This document shows positions 41,036 to 50,535 of a stretch of DNA of 64,000 nucleotides, piece after piece. The translations under genes and the position numbers were made by a program. Location of the stretch: contig JAFOMZ010000173.1 in assembly GCA_017421125.1 (NCBI GenBank), positions 1,209 to 65,208 of the forward strand. Direction: 5' to 3'. The stretch is from Solobacterium sp. (GTDB lineage Bacteria > Bacillota_I > Bacilli_A > Erysipelotrichales > Erysipelotrichaceae). Each line of letters starts with the position of its first letter. Positions within the stretch are counted from its first letter, which is position 1. Below the pieces are notes generated by a model. That model did no database searches. It was not told the DNA's origin and saw nothing but the letters and a program-made list of their open reading frames with translations.

Positions 41036-44000
41036 ATGCCCCGTACACTGAAAAAAGATATTCTGAGATTGATCAGAGCGACAAAAGGCAGGTTTTTTTC
41101 ACTGACTGCGATCGTCACGATCGGAGTAGCTTTTTTCGTGGGCGTTTCTTCATCTTCAACGATCATGGCAGACAATGTCGATACATATTCCGACAGGGTC
41201 CGCCTCAAGGATATTACGATCTACTCTGATTACGGCTTTGATGAAGAAGATATCAAAGCCATCTCCGGACTGGAAGAAGTGGCATACGCGGAAGGCTCCA
41301 AATTCGTTGATGTCAACGCGGCAGCCGGCTCCACAAGCATCATTACAAGGATCCATTCCTATGATCCGGACAGTCAGATCAACCTGTTTGACCTGGTGGA
41401 GGGAAGGCTTCCTCAAAAGAAAAATGAAGTATTGTCTGAGGGCGGTACTGACATGGAACCGGGATATCCGGTCGGTACTGTACTGCGTATTTCCAGACCG
41501 GAAAACGATCTGGATGACTGGCTGGATGTCGATACGGTCACGGTCGTCGGCCTGATCGATACGCCGCTGTACCTGAACATGACAAAGGAAAACAGCACGC
41601 TGGCAAACCAGTATATCCAGACTTATCTTTATATTCCCGAAGAAGCGTTTGTCATAGATTACGATGTGGAAGTCAATGTGCTGACGAAAGAAGGCGTTTC
41701 GTATGAATCCTTTTATGACGCTTATGAAAAATACTGCAGCCGTGTCAAGGAAGAGATCGAGGATTTCGGTACGACACAGGTCATGCACAGACATGATGAG
41801 GTCCTTGAGGAAGCGTATAAGGAACTGAATGACGGCTGGCAGGAATACTATGATGGCAAAAAGGAATTCGATGAAGAGATCGCAGATGCTGAGCAGGAGA
41901 TCGCTGACGCAAAGCAGGAGATCGCTGATGGCTGGCAGGAACTGGAAGACGGCGTTCAGAAACTGAAGGATGCGCAGAAGGAACTGGATGACAGTGAAAC
42001 TGACGGATACCAGCAGATCGCCGATGCCCGGGCTGAGATCGAAAAGGGCAGGGAGAAGCTGAAGGAAGGCGAATCCGAGTATTACGAGAAGGAAGCGGAG
42101 TATCTTGCGCTGAAGGAAGAGATCGACAACGGCATCAAACAGATCAAGGAAGGCATCAAGTCACTGCAGCAGGCCAAGGAAGGACTGGATGAGATCGACA
42201 AGGGTATCGCGCAGATCAATGAAGCCAGACAACAGCTGACAGAGGCTAAAGAAGGCATCGTCATGATCGATGCCGGAATTGCAAAGATCGATGAGTCGGT
42301 CACACAGCTGGAGACTGCTGCGGCAGGCCTGGCCCAGCTGGACGCTGCGATCGCAGCAATGGACGGCATTCCCGGAATGGAAGCACAGAAAGCAGCTCTG
42401 GAAGCACAGCGTGATGCTGTGCGGGCACAGCTGACAGAACAGGGTGTCGATCCCGATCATATCAGTGAAACAGTTGAAGCCCTGAAACAGCAGAGGGCAG
42501 GACTCGCAGAACAGCGTGAAGGCGTGATCGCTTCCCTGCAGGAACAGGGTATTGCATATGAAAACATCGACCAGACGATAGCCGGCCTGGATGCTCAGAA
42601 AACAGCCCTGGAGAACACCAGGGCAGGTGTTGTCGCACAGCTGAAGGAACAGGGCATCGAGGCTGATCAGATCGATGAACAGATCGCCTCTCTGCAGGCT
42701 CAGATCACTGAACTCAACAACAATAAACGGATGATCGATCAAGGTCTTGCGGAAGGAAAAGCAACCCTTGATGATGCGCATGACACGCTGGACAAGGCTT
42801 ATATGGCAACGATCAATGCGGCGGCAGAACTGGCTGAAGAGGTCGAGAAAGCACAGAAAGAGATCAATGACGGCTGGAATGAGATCGATGAAAACAGACA
42901 GAAGCTGAAGGACGCCGAGAAAGATCTGGAGGATGCGGAGAAGGAACTGGAGGACGCCAGGAAAGACGGTCTCCAGGAGCTGGCTGACGCAAAGGAAGAA
43001 CTCGATAAGGCACAGCAGGACATCGATGACCTGGAAGACGGCAGCTGGACGGTCCTTGACCGATCCCAGCATTACGCGTCGAAGACATACAAAAACACCG
43101 TAGAACAGATGCGGGCGATCGGCGCGGTATTCCCGATGTTCTTCTTCATGGTCGCGGCACTGGTATGCCTGACTACGATGACGCGTATGATCGACGAACA
43201 GAGATCACAGCTCGGCATCATGCGGGCACTTGGATACAGCAGGCTTCAGTGCTCGATGAAATATCTGACATATGCCGGTATGGCTACCGTATTGGGGACA
43301 GTACTGGGTACCGTGCTTGGTCTGGCTATTTTCCCGTACATCATTTATACGGCATGGAAGATGATGTATATCCTGCCGCCGATGAAGATCTTTATGCCAT
43401 GGCGGCTGATCGTGATGTCGGCTGTGGGATTCCTTGCGGTCATGCTGGCGACGACATGGTATGTCTGCCGGAACGATATGAACGATGTTCCTTCGCAGCT
43501 GCTGCGTCCGAAGTCACCGAAACTCGGCAAGACTGCCCTGATCGAGCGGATCGGACCGCTCTGGAACAGACTCAGTTTCTCCTGGAAGATCACCATGAGA
43601 AACCTGTTCCGCTACAAGCAGAGACTGATCATGACAGTGATCGGCGTTGCCGGATGCACGGCACTGCTGATCACAGGCTTCGGCATCAGCGACTCGATCA
43701 ACGGGATGGTCGACATCCAGTTTGATGAGCTGCAGCTGTTCGAAGGACAGGTACACGCGGAAGGGCTGAAGCCGAGCGAGATGGATGTACTGAAGAATGA
43801 TTTGCTGAAACAGAAAGAAGTTTCCTCGGCAGTGATTGCAGGCAGCTACAGTGCCATTGCGGTCAACGGACATGACACGCTTGAAGAGACCGTCAACGTA
43901 CAGGTATTCGAGAAACCGGAAATGATACAGTCCTGTTATAACCTGAGAACAAGAGTCGGACATGAACCGATCTTACCGGATGACGACGGTGTGATCATCA

Positions 44001-44716
44001 ATGAGAAACTGGCGGAAAACCTCGGACTGAAGGCAGGGGACAGTATTATTGTCGAAAGCAAGACCGGGATCAGGAAGGAAGTCAGGATCGCTGCTGTTAC
44101 CGAGATGTATATCCAGCACTACATGTTCATGACGCAGGCGTATTACAGCAAAGTGTTCGGAAGCACGATCAGTATGGATACCCTGATGGTCGATATTGAC
44201 GGAGACGTTGAAGTCAGCAGGGCATTCCAGAAACGCATCGTTAAGGATGACAGGGTCAGCGGCGTACAGTTCTATGACACCATACTCGAGAATTTCAAAT
44301 CCATGGTCAACAGCCTTGACCTGATCGTCTGGGCACTGATCATATCTTCGATGTCCCTGGCATTTGTCGTACTGGGCAACCTGACCAATATCAATATCAG
44401 TGAACGTCAGCGTGAGATCGCAACGCTCAAGGTCCTCGGCTTCCGGAAAGGTGAAGTACAGAATTACATCTTCAAGGAGAACAATGTCCTGACCGGCCTG
44501 GGAGCTCTGGCGGGCATTCCGATCGGACAGATCCTGCACCATTTCATCATGAGACAGGTCGAAATGGACTATGTCATGTTCGGAAGGACGGTCGATCCTT
44601 CCAGCAATGTGATCTCGTTCTTCATGACGATCCTGTTCGGCATGCTGGTGAACTTCTTCATGCGACGGAGGCTGCAGTCGATCGAAATGGTGGAATCACT
44701 GAAGAGTGTTGAATAA
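41036..44716 (+). CDS. FtsX-like ABC permease with very large coiled-coil ectodomain
   Basis: N-terminal TM, FPMFFFMVAALVCLTTMTRM, second half with ERQREIATLKVLG and C-terminal MVESLKSVE; long heptad region in between. Confidence 0.9.
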   Translation: MPRTLKKDILRLIRATKGRFFSLTAIVTIGVAFFVGVSSSSTIMADNVDTYSDRVRLKDITIYSDYGFDEEDIKAISGLEEVAYAEGSKFVDVNAAAGSTSIITRIHSYDPDSQINLFDLVEGRLPQKKNEVLSEGGTDMEPGYPVGTVLRISRPENDLDDWLDVDTVTVVGLIDTPLYLNMTKENSTLANQYIQTYLYIPEEAFVIDYDVEVNVLTKEGVSYESFYDAYEKYCSRVKEEIEDFGTTQVMHRHDEVLEEAYKELNDGWQEYYDGKKEFDEEIADAEQEIADAKQEIADGWQELEDGVQKLKDAQKELDDSETDGYQQIADARAEIEKGREKLKEGESEYYEKEAEYLALKEEIDNGIKQIKEGIKSLQQAKEGLDEIDKGIAQINEARQQLTEAKEGIVMIDAGIAKIDESVTQLETAAAGLAQLDAAIAAMDGIPGMEAQKAALEAQRDAVRAQLTEQGVDPDHISETVEALKQQRAGLAEQREGVIASLQEQGIAYENIDQTIAGLDAQKTALENTRAGVVAQLKEQGIEADQIDEQIASLQAQITELNNNKRMIDQGLAEGKATLDDAHDTLDKAYMATINAAAELAEEVEKAQKEINDGWNEIDENRQKLKDAEKDLEDAEKELEDARKDGLQELADAKEELDKAQQDIDDLEDGSWTVLDRSQHYASKTYKNTVEQMRAIGAVFPMFFFMVAALVCLTTMTRMIDEQRSQLGIMRALGYSRLQCSMKYLTYAGMATVLGTVLGTVLGLAIFPYIIYTAWKMMYILPPMKIFMPWRLIVMSAVGFLAVMLATTWYVCRNDMNDVPSQLLRPKSPKLGKTALIERIGPLWNRLSFSWKITMRNLFRYKQRLIMTVIGVAGCTALLITGFGISDSINGMVDIQFDELQLFEGQVHAEGLKPSEMDVLKNDLLKQKEVSSAVIAGSYSAIAVNGHDTLEETVNVQVFEKPEMIQSCYNLRTRVGHEPILPDDDGVIINEKLAENLGLKAGDSIIVESKTGIRKEVRIAAVTEMYIQHYMFMTQAYYSKVFGSTISMDTLMVDIDGDVEVSRAFQKRIVKDDRVSGVQFYDTILENFKSMVNSLDLIVWALIISSMSLAFVVLGNLTNINISERQREIATLKVLGFRKGEVQNYIFKENNVLTGLGALAGIPIGQILHHFIMRQVEMDYVMFGRTVDPSSNVISFFMTILFGMLVNFFMRRRLQSIEMVESLKSVE
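42398..42712 (+). repeat. Three tandem 35-aa (105-bp) repeats inside the permease ectodomain
   Basis: LEAQRDAVRAQLTEQGVDPDHISETVEALKQQRAG / LAEQREGVIASLQEQGIAYENIDQTIAGLDAQKTA / LENTRAGVVAQLKEQGIEADQIDEQIASLQAQITE. Confidence 0.85.
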
Positions 44717-44769
44717 CAATTGCGAAGTTTTCAAACATCGCTCATAATGGATGCAGGAGGAGTTTTATC

Positions 44770-45147
44770 ATGAAAGAATTCAAAGTACTGCGCTGCAAGG
44801 GCTGCGGAAAGATGGTCGTTACCCTGGCTGACAGTGCATGCCCTACAAAGTGCTGCGGAGAACCGATGGAAGAGCTGAAAGCCAACACGACTGACGGCGC
44901 GACTGAAAAGCATGTACCTGTCGTCACAAGAGAAGACGGCAAGCTGATCGTGAATGTCGGATCGGTTGATCATCCGATGATCGATGCACATTACATTCAG
45001 TGGGTCGCACTGGTAACAGACAACAGCTTCCGTATCGTAACTCTTGAACCGGGACAGAAGCCTCATGTTGAAGTGGCAGAGGATGAGAAAGTAAACGAAG
45101 TTTACGAATACTGCAATCTGCACGGACTCTGGAAGACAGAAGCATAA
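44770..45147 (+). CDS. dfx: Desulfoferrodoxin (superoxide reductase)
   Basis: CKGCG...CCGEPM, EKHVP, HPM, HYIQW, YCNLHGLW; own TTGCGA-17-CATAAT promoter and a terminator at 45152-45174. Confidence 0.93.
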   Translation: MKEFKVLRCKGCGKMVVTLADSACPTKCCGEPMEELKANTTDGATEKHVPVVTREDGKLIVNVGSVDHPMIDAHYIQWVALVTDNSFRIVTLEPGQKPHVEVAEDEKVNEVYEYCNLHGLWKTEA

Positions 45148-45205
45148 TTACAAAGCTGCGGACTGCAGCTTTTTAAAAAACAGGATAGAAAAGAGGATTT
45201 AAATT

Positions 45206-46345
45206 ATGACACTGATCAAAAACGGACGAATTCATGACATGGTCAACAGGGAACCGTACATCGCGGACATCCTGATCGAAAACGGTAAGATCAAGGCGAT
45301 CGGAATGGACCTGGCACCGGACGGGGATGTGTTTGACGCATCCGGCCTGGATGTATATCCCGGCTTCATCGATGCGCACAGCCACATCGGTGTTTCCGGC
45401 ACAGGCATCGGTTTTGAAGGCCATGACTATAACGAAATGAATGACATCTGCTCACCGGAAGTACGCGGGATCGACAGCTTCAACCCGTTTGATGCAAGCA
45501 TTCCCACAGCAGCGAAAGCAGGCATTACGACTGTTGCGGCAGGCCCCGGAAGCGCGAATGTCCTGGGCGGCACATGGATCGCGGTCAAGCTGCACGGTGT
45601 ATGTGTGGATGACATGATCGTCAAGGATCCCGTTGCCATGAAATGCGCATTCGGTGAGAATCCGAAGCGCTGCTACCAGAACAAAAACGCGAGCTCCCGT
45701 ATGTCTGTAGCAGCCCGTTTCCGCGACATCATGTATCAGGCCAGGGAATACATGCTGAAGAAAGAAGCAGCCGGAGATGACATTACAAAGAAGCCGCCGT
45801 TCAATCTGAAATATGAGTCACTGATCCCGGTGCTCAAAAAAGAGATCCCTCTGAAGGCACATGCGCACCAGGCAAACGATATTCTGACAGCGATCCGTCT
45901 GGCAAAGGAATTCGATGTTGACCTCACGCTTGAACATGTCACGGAAGGACACCTGATCGCTGATAAGCTTGCGGAGAACAAACAGTATATGATGGCTGTA
46001 GGACCGACATTTACCCATGCGTCCAAATATGAGCTGCAGTACAAGTCCTGGGAAACACCCGGTGTTCTTGCAGCAAAAGGATGCCATGTATCCATCGTGA
46101 CAGACCATCCGTTTGCTTTGGAAGAATATCTCCCGATCTATGCAGGCCTGGCTGTCAAAGCAGGCATGGATCCTTATGAAGCATTGAAGGCGATCACCAT
46201 CAATCCGGCAGAACATCTGCTGATCGCGGACAGGGTAGGATCGCTCGAAGCAGGCAAGGACGCCGATATCGTTGTCTACGAAGGCAGTCCGTTTGAAGTG
46301 ACATCCGAAGTCAGACTCGTTCTGATCGACGGTGTCTGCATCTGA
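45206..46345 (+). CDS. Metal-dependent amidohydrolase (second, different subgroup)
   Basis: PGFIDAHSHIG, PGSANVLGG, MKCAFGENPK, HAHQ, LEHVTEG, TDHP, GKDAD. Confidence 0.88.
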   Translation: MTLIKNGRIHDMVNREPYIADILIENGKIKAIGMDLAPDGDVFDASGLDVYPGFIDAHSHIGVSGTGIGFEGHDYNEMNDICSPEVRGIDSFNPFDASIPTAAKAGITTVAAGPGSANVLGGTWIAVKLHGVCVDDMIVKDPVAMKCAFGENPKRCYQNKNASSRMSVAARFRDIMYQAREYMLKKEAAGDDITKKPPFNLKYESLIPVLKKEIPLKAHAHQANDILTAIRLAKEFDVDLTLEHVTEGHLIADKLAENKQYMMAVGPTFTHASKYELQYKSWETPGVLAAKGCHVSIVTDHPFALEEYLPIYAGLAVKAGMDPYEALKAITINPAEHLLIADRVGSLEAGKDADIVVYEGSPFEVTSEVRLVLIDGVCI

Positions 46346-46397
46346 TCACAATACAGGAGGCAGGGTCCGTCCCTGTCTTTTCATATGCCCCGATCTC

Positions 46398-46431
46398 TTG
46401 CAGAGCAGTCTTATGTGGTGTAAAATTACAC
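46398..46431 (+). promoter_or_regulatory. Promoter of the XRE/radical SAM operon with overlapping dyad operator
   Basis: TTGCAG-17-TAAAAT; palindrome GTGTAA-AA-TTACAC (46418-46431) covers the -10. An upstream terminator at ~46357-46381 isolates the unit. Confidence 0.65.
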
Positions 46432-46453
46432 TATAAGAGAGAAAATAACTGTT

Positions 46454-46924
46454 ATGAAAAAGGAAGAACTGATCAATGTACTGAGCAATGAATGCAGGCT
46501 TGTCCGGGCTGAATTCGGGTTTTCACAGGATCAGATGGCACAGATACTCGGCATGTCGAAGAAGACGCTGGTAGAAACGGAGAAGGGCAGAAGAAAGCTG
46601 TCCTGGCCGGAGTGTATCGCGCTGGCTGTGATCTTTTCCCGCAGCCAGATCCTCGGCAATGAATTCGGCGGTGAGCTGTCGGACATGATCCGCGCTGTAT
46701 CATTTGATGACACGGATGTGCTATATCCGAAAACGATGGGCGGAAAGGTCTGGTGGCGCGATATCGAAGAACATAGCGGTTACCGCATCCAGCAGAACCT
46801 GCTTTCCCAGCATTACCGTCTGCTCGATCCGATGGACGGCAGGATGGTATCTTCATTTGATATTGAAGTGATCAGAAAATACATGAAGCAGAATGGCCTG
46901 ATTCATGAAACGGAGGCTTTATGA
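46454..46924 (+). CDS. XRE-family HTH regulator with an extra C-terminal domain
   Basis: RLVRAEFGFSQDQMAQILGMSKKTLVETEKG HTH; C-terminal KTMGGKVWW...RIQQN...HYRLLD. Confidence 0.85.
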   Translation: MKKEELINVLSNECRLVRAEFGFSQDQMAQILGMSKKTLVETEKGRRKLSWPECIALAVIFSRSQILGNEFGGELSDMIRAVSFDDTDVLYPKTMGGKVWWRDIEEHSGYRIQQNLLSQHYRLLDPMDGRMVSSFDIEVIRKYMKQNGLIHETEAL

Positions 46925-47823
46925 AAACGAGCTCATTTCTGGAACTTGCCGCATTCGGCGCAAAGACTGTACTGTTCAGGAAGAAAGATCCGATCCTCGG
47001 TACCGTCATCATCACCGACAGATGCAATCTTTCCTGCAGGCACTGTTCCGTCAATAATATTACTTCCGTGATGCATCCGTATGAAAAGGTTCACGGTGAG
47101 ATGCGGACACTGTACGATATGGGGATCAGGATCCTGTTTTTCTGCGGCGGTGAAACACTGCTGTGGAGGGACGGGGAACTGACTGTCCGTGATCTTGTCA
47201 TCGAGGCAAAACGGATGGGATTCCTGATCGTCAATATCGTGACGAACGGTACATTCCCGATCGATGTTCCGGAAGCGGACCTGATCCTGCTGAGCCTTGA
47301 CGGAGACAGGAAACGCCATAACATGATCCGCGGGGATACGTATGACACGATCATGGAGAATATCAGGAATGCCACGGCAGACAATATATGCTTCTACATG
47401 GCAGTCAATCAGATCAACAAGCATACGATCAGGGATGTCTGCTATGCGGCAAAGCACCTGAAAAATGTCAGGGCAGTCTCTTTCAACTTCCATACCCCGT
47501 ATCCCGATACGAAAGAGCTTGCACTGAGCAGGGAAGAGAAACAGGAATGCTGTGCAGTCATTGAAGAGATGATGAAGCGGGGCCTGCCGGTATTCAATCT
47601 CAAGAGCGCATTCCCGTATATCATCGACAATTCATTCCCGACACCATGCTGGCAGTGTGTTGTCATAGAAGACGGGAAGATCAGTACGTGCGGCAGGTGC
47701 ATCGATGTGCCCGGACTGTGTGAACAGTGCGGATACTTCTTTGTGGCAGAGTATACACTGCTGTTCTCCGGAAACGTCCCGGTGATCGCGGAAATGCTGG
47801 GAACCTATCTGAAATACATATAA
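46921..47823 (+). CDS. Radical SAM protein with Cys-rich C-terminus
   Basis: CNLSCRHC, GGE, TNG, SLDG; C-terminal CWQC...CGRC...CEQC; ATGA overlap with the XRE gene. Confidence 0.88.
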   Translation: MKTSSFLELAAFGAKTVLFRKKDPILGTVIITDRCNLSCRHCSVNNITSVMHPYEKVHGEMRTLYDMGIRILFFCGGETLLWRDGELTVRDLVIEAKRMGFLIVNIVTNGTFPIDVPEADLILLSLDGDRKRHNMIRGDTYDTIMENIRNATADNICFYMAVNQINKHTIRDVCYAAKHLKNVRAVSFNFHTPYPDTKELALSREEKQECCAVIEEMMKRGLPVFNLKSAFPYIIDNSFPTPCWQCVVIEDGKISTCGRCIDVPGLCEQCGYFFVAEYTLLFSGNVPVIAEMLGTYLKYI

Positions 47824-47832
47824 GGAGCGCAT

Positions 47833-49086
47833 ATGAGTATCATTACAGATCTGACAAGGGACTGGCTGACACGCTCTCTGCGTCCCTTTACATTTACACC
47901 GTCCTATGATGAAGTGCTTCCATACGGGGACTGCGATAATCTCGGTCTCTATATCCATATCCCGTTCTGCCGCAGCATCTGTTCATTCTGTCCGTACTGC
48001 AAGACCGTGTACCGGAAAGAAACATGTGACCGGTATATCGACGCATTGCTGGAAGAGATCAGAAATGTCGGAAATACATACCAGGGCAGAAAAAAAGTGA
48101 CAAGCCTGTATTTCGGCGGCGGTACGCCTGCGCTTGCGCACGCCCGTCTGAAAGAGATCATCGATGAAGTAAACAGACACTTTATCATTACGGACGGGAT
48201 CGGACTGGAACTGCATCCTGATGATGTGAGGGAACCGGTACTGAAAGAACTGAAGGAAGCAGGCGTTACCCGCATCAGTATCGGCATCCAGTCATTCCAT
48301 GATAAATACCAGGATATTCTCGGCAGACGGACCGTTGACATCAAAGCAATGAAAGAGGCTCTTGAAGCAGTCCCGTTTGAAACGGTATCCATGGACCTGA
48401 TCTTTGCGCTTCCCTCACAGACGCTCTATGAACTGGAAGAAGATGTTGAAACGGCATTCGGTCACGGAGCCAATCATGTCGCGGTATATCCGTTCATTGA
48501 TTTTACATTCACCGACAGCAAGCTTAAAGCAATGTCCAAGCAGGAGAAACATGCACTGCTGGACGGAATAACGAATTACTGTCTTGCCAAAGGCTATCAG
48601 CGTACATCGATCTGGACGTTCGCAAAAGAGAAGAATGCCGTATATTCTTCCATGACGAGGGAGAGCTTTCTCGGTTTCGGATGTTCCGCCGCAACACTGC
48701 TGAGAGACCAGTTCAAGATCAATACATTTTCCGTTGACGAATACTGCAAGCGGATCGCTGAAGGAAAGCTTCCGACATCACTGACCATCCGGTTTACCCG
48801 GAGGCAGAGAATGGTCTACTGGCTGTTCTGGACACTGTACAGCACGCATCTGGATCCTCAGGATTTCCAAAGATTCTTCGGTGTTTCCCTGGATCAGATG
48901 TATGGCGCGGAATTCATTCTGGCGCAGCTGCTCGGCTTCCTGAAAAAAGAGCAGGGGATCTATCATATGACACTGCGGGGAGCGTTCTATTATCACTACT
49001 ATGAGAACTACTATACGCTCGCGTATATCGATAAGATGTGGGGCATCATGAGACTTGAAGCATTCCCGGAGCGGATCGAACTTTAA
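47833..49086 (+). CDS. HemN-like radical SAM protein (candidate class C methyltransferase)
   Basis: LYIHIPFCRSICSFCPY, YFGGGTP, RISIGIQSF, MDLIF; lacks the HemW HNxxYW motif. Confidence 0.85.
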   Translation: MSIITDLTRDWLTRSLRPFTFTPSYDEVLPYGDCDNLGLYIHIPFCRSICSFCPYCKTVYRKETCDRYIDALLEEIRNVGNTYQGRKKVTSLYFGGGTPALAHARLKEIIDEVNRHFIITDGIGLELHPDDVREPVLKELKEAGVTRISIGIQSFHDKYQDILGRRTVDIKAMKEALEAVPFETVSMDLIFALPSQTLYELEEDVETAFGHGANHVAVYPFIDFTFTDSKLKAMSKQEKHALLDGITNYCLAKGYQRTSIWTFAKEKNAVYSSMTRESFLGFGCSAATLLRDQFKINTFSVDEYCKRIAEGKLPTSLTIRFTRRQRMVYWLFWTLYSTHLDPQDFQRFFGVSLDQMYGAEFILAQLLGFLKKEQGIYHMTLRGAFYYHYYENYYTLAYIDKMWGIMRLEAFPERIEL

Positions 49087-49161
49087 CTGTTCGCATACGA
49101 GGAAAAAGTTCTCAAGTAATTCTACAGTCCTTATTTTGTTATGACAAAATTTTAAACAACT

Positions 49162-49220
49162 AAAGAGCACAGTTTCCGGTCTGTCTGAATGCAGATCGCT
49201 GAAGGATCTGTGCTTTTTTT
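49162..49220 (+). terminator. Long hairpin terminator ending the radical SAM operon
   Basis: AAAGAGCACAG...CTGTGCTTTTTTT enclosing an inner GGTCTG/CAGATC stem. Confidence 0.7.
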
Positions 49221-49404
49221 GACCGGCCGGGTATGTTGCGGACAGTATGATGAACATGTTTTTATGATGTTTCTCCGTATTTGACAGCACAGTATTCCCA
49301 TGTATGTGTCAGTTTATTCTGTAAGCCATTACATTCAGATCAGGACTTGATTTTATAAAAACACGGAGTATTATAAGAGGTCCTGAAAGGAGGATATCAA
49401 ATAC

Positions 49405-49509
49405 ATGGCACTGATCCAGATAACAATGTTTGCCGGTGCTCAGTTCGCAGTCACATACGGAATACTCGCTTTTTCCATGAATTACGGAAAACTGAAAACA
49501 GCACACTGA
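49405..49509 (+). CDS. Unannotated 34-aa hydrophobic peptide MALIQITMFAGAQFAVTYGILAFSMNYGKLKTAH
   Basis: Strong AAAGGAGG RBS (49386-49393), promoter candidate TTGATT-16-TATTAT, terminator CTCTGCGGC-N6-GCTGCAGAG-TTTT at ~49576-49604. Confidence 0.6.
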   Translation: MALIQITMFAGAQFAVTYGILAFSMNYGKLKTAH

Positions 49510-49755
49510 GCTGATGAGGCTTATGCCCCGTTGAAAAACAATTCACATTCGTACAGGATGACATATATATGAAATACTCTGCGGCTGAACTGCTGCAGAG
49601 TTTTATTATCCAGACTGTCATCATCGATCTGCCTGTTGATCATTACAGCATTTCAGTGCTGCAGTTACTTTAAGAATTCAATATCCGCTGTACTGAAATC
49701 CTGCCCGGGTATAAACTAAACTGTGCATGTCTGATCAGACAGGGAGGTACAGTCA

Positions 49756-50535
49756 ATGGATGAGAACAACAGACTGAATGATGAACAGTTTCTGAAAAAG
49801 GTCGAAGAAGCTGCCAGGAAAGGGGCAGGCAAGGGCAAACTCAACAGTTTCCTGATACAGGCTCTGCTGATCCTGCTCATCGTTGGAGGAGCAGTGTATT
49901 TCATCAATACCAAGGTAAATACATTCAATGAAAAGCTGGAAAGCGTCTTCCATTTTGAAGACCCGGCAGAAAACCATGACCTTGTCCTGGAAAACAATGG
50001 GATCTTCGGATATACAGCAGCCAATTTTGAAGATGCCATTCTTGGTGACTCACAGAAACAGAAAAAGCTGCAGGTCATGACACAGGAAGTCTCCGATGTC
50101 AGTACGGTCACGGAAGCAGGCCTGCTCAACTGGAGCGTATTCACGAAGAACCAGCTGATCACTTACAACGGAACAGCAGTGTATACAGTCGATCTGTCTG
50201 AGATCGGCAGATCGGATATCTCTTTCAACGAGGAAGAAAAGACCGTTACACTGAAGATCCCGCATGCTGTTCAGGAAGAGATCAATATTCCGGAAGACAA
50301 GATCCAGTTCGGTGATACGACAGGCGGTCTGCTGGCATTCGGTGACCTTCATATGACACCGGAACAGATCGCGGATGTACAGGCAGGTGCAAGGAAAAAG
50401 ATGGAACAGAAGCTGGAAGAGGATCATGTGATCGACCAGGCTGACCGGTTTGCAAAGCTTGTTGTCTGGGAACTGTATTCACCGATCATCAAGGGTGTCG
50501 GCAAAGACGTCTCACTGGTCGTGGAATTCAAATAA
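49756..50535 (+). CDS. DUF4230-like membrane-anchored protein
   Basis: Single N-terminal TM, ITYNGTAVYTVDLS...VTLKIPHA pattern; GGGAGG RBS; terminator at 50559-50585. Confidence 0.7.
   Translation: MDENNRLNDEQFLKKVEEAARKGAGKGKLNSFLIQALLILLIVGGAVYFINTKVNTFNEKLESVFHFEDPAENHDLVLENNGIFGYTAANFEDAILGDSQKQKKLQVMTQEVSDVSTVTEAGLLNWSVFTKNQLITYNGTAVYTVDLSEIGRSDISFNEEEKTVTLKIPHAVQEEINIPEDKIQFGDTTGGLLAFGDLHMTPEQIADVQAGARKKMEQKLEEDHVIDQADRFAKLVVWELYSPIIKGVGKDVSLVVEFK

Noticed and set aside
49309-49506. 65-aa minus-strand ORF overlapping the 34-aa ORF
   Set aside because: GTG start without an RBS; the + strand ORF has the RBS, promoter candidate and terminator.
49500-49545. CTGATGAG...GAAA resembling a hammerhead ribozyme core after the 34-aa ORF
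   Set aside because: Five extra bases separate stem II (GGC-TTAT-GCC) from GAAA, and no compatible stem III or NUH cleavage triplet could be built.
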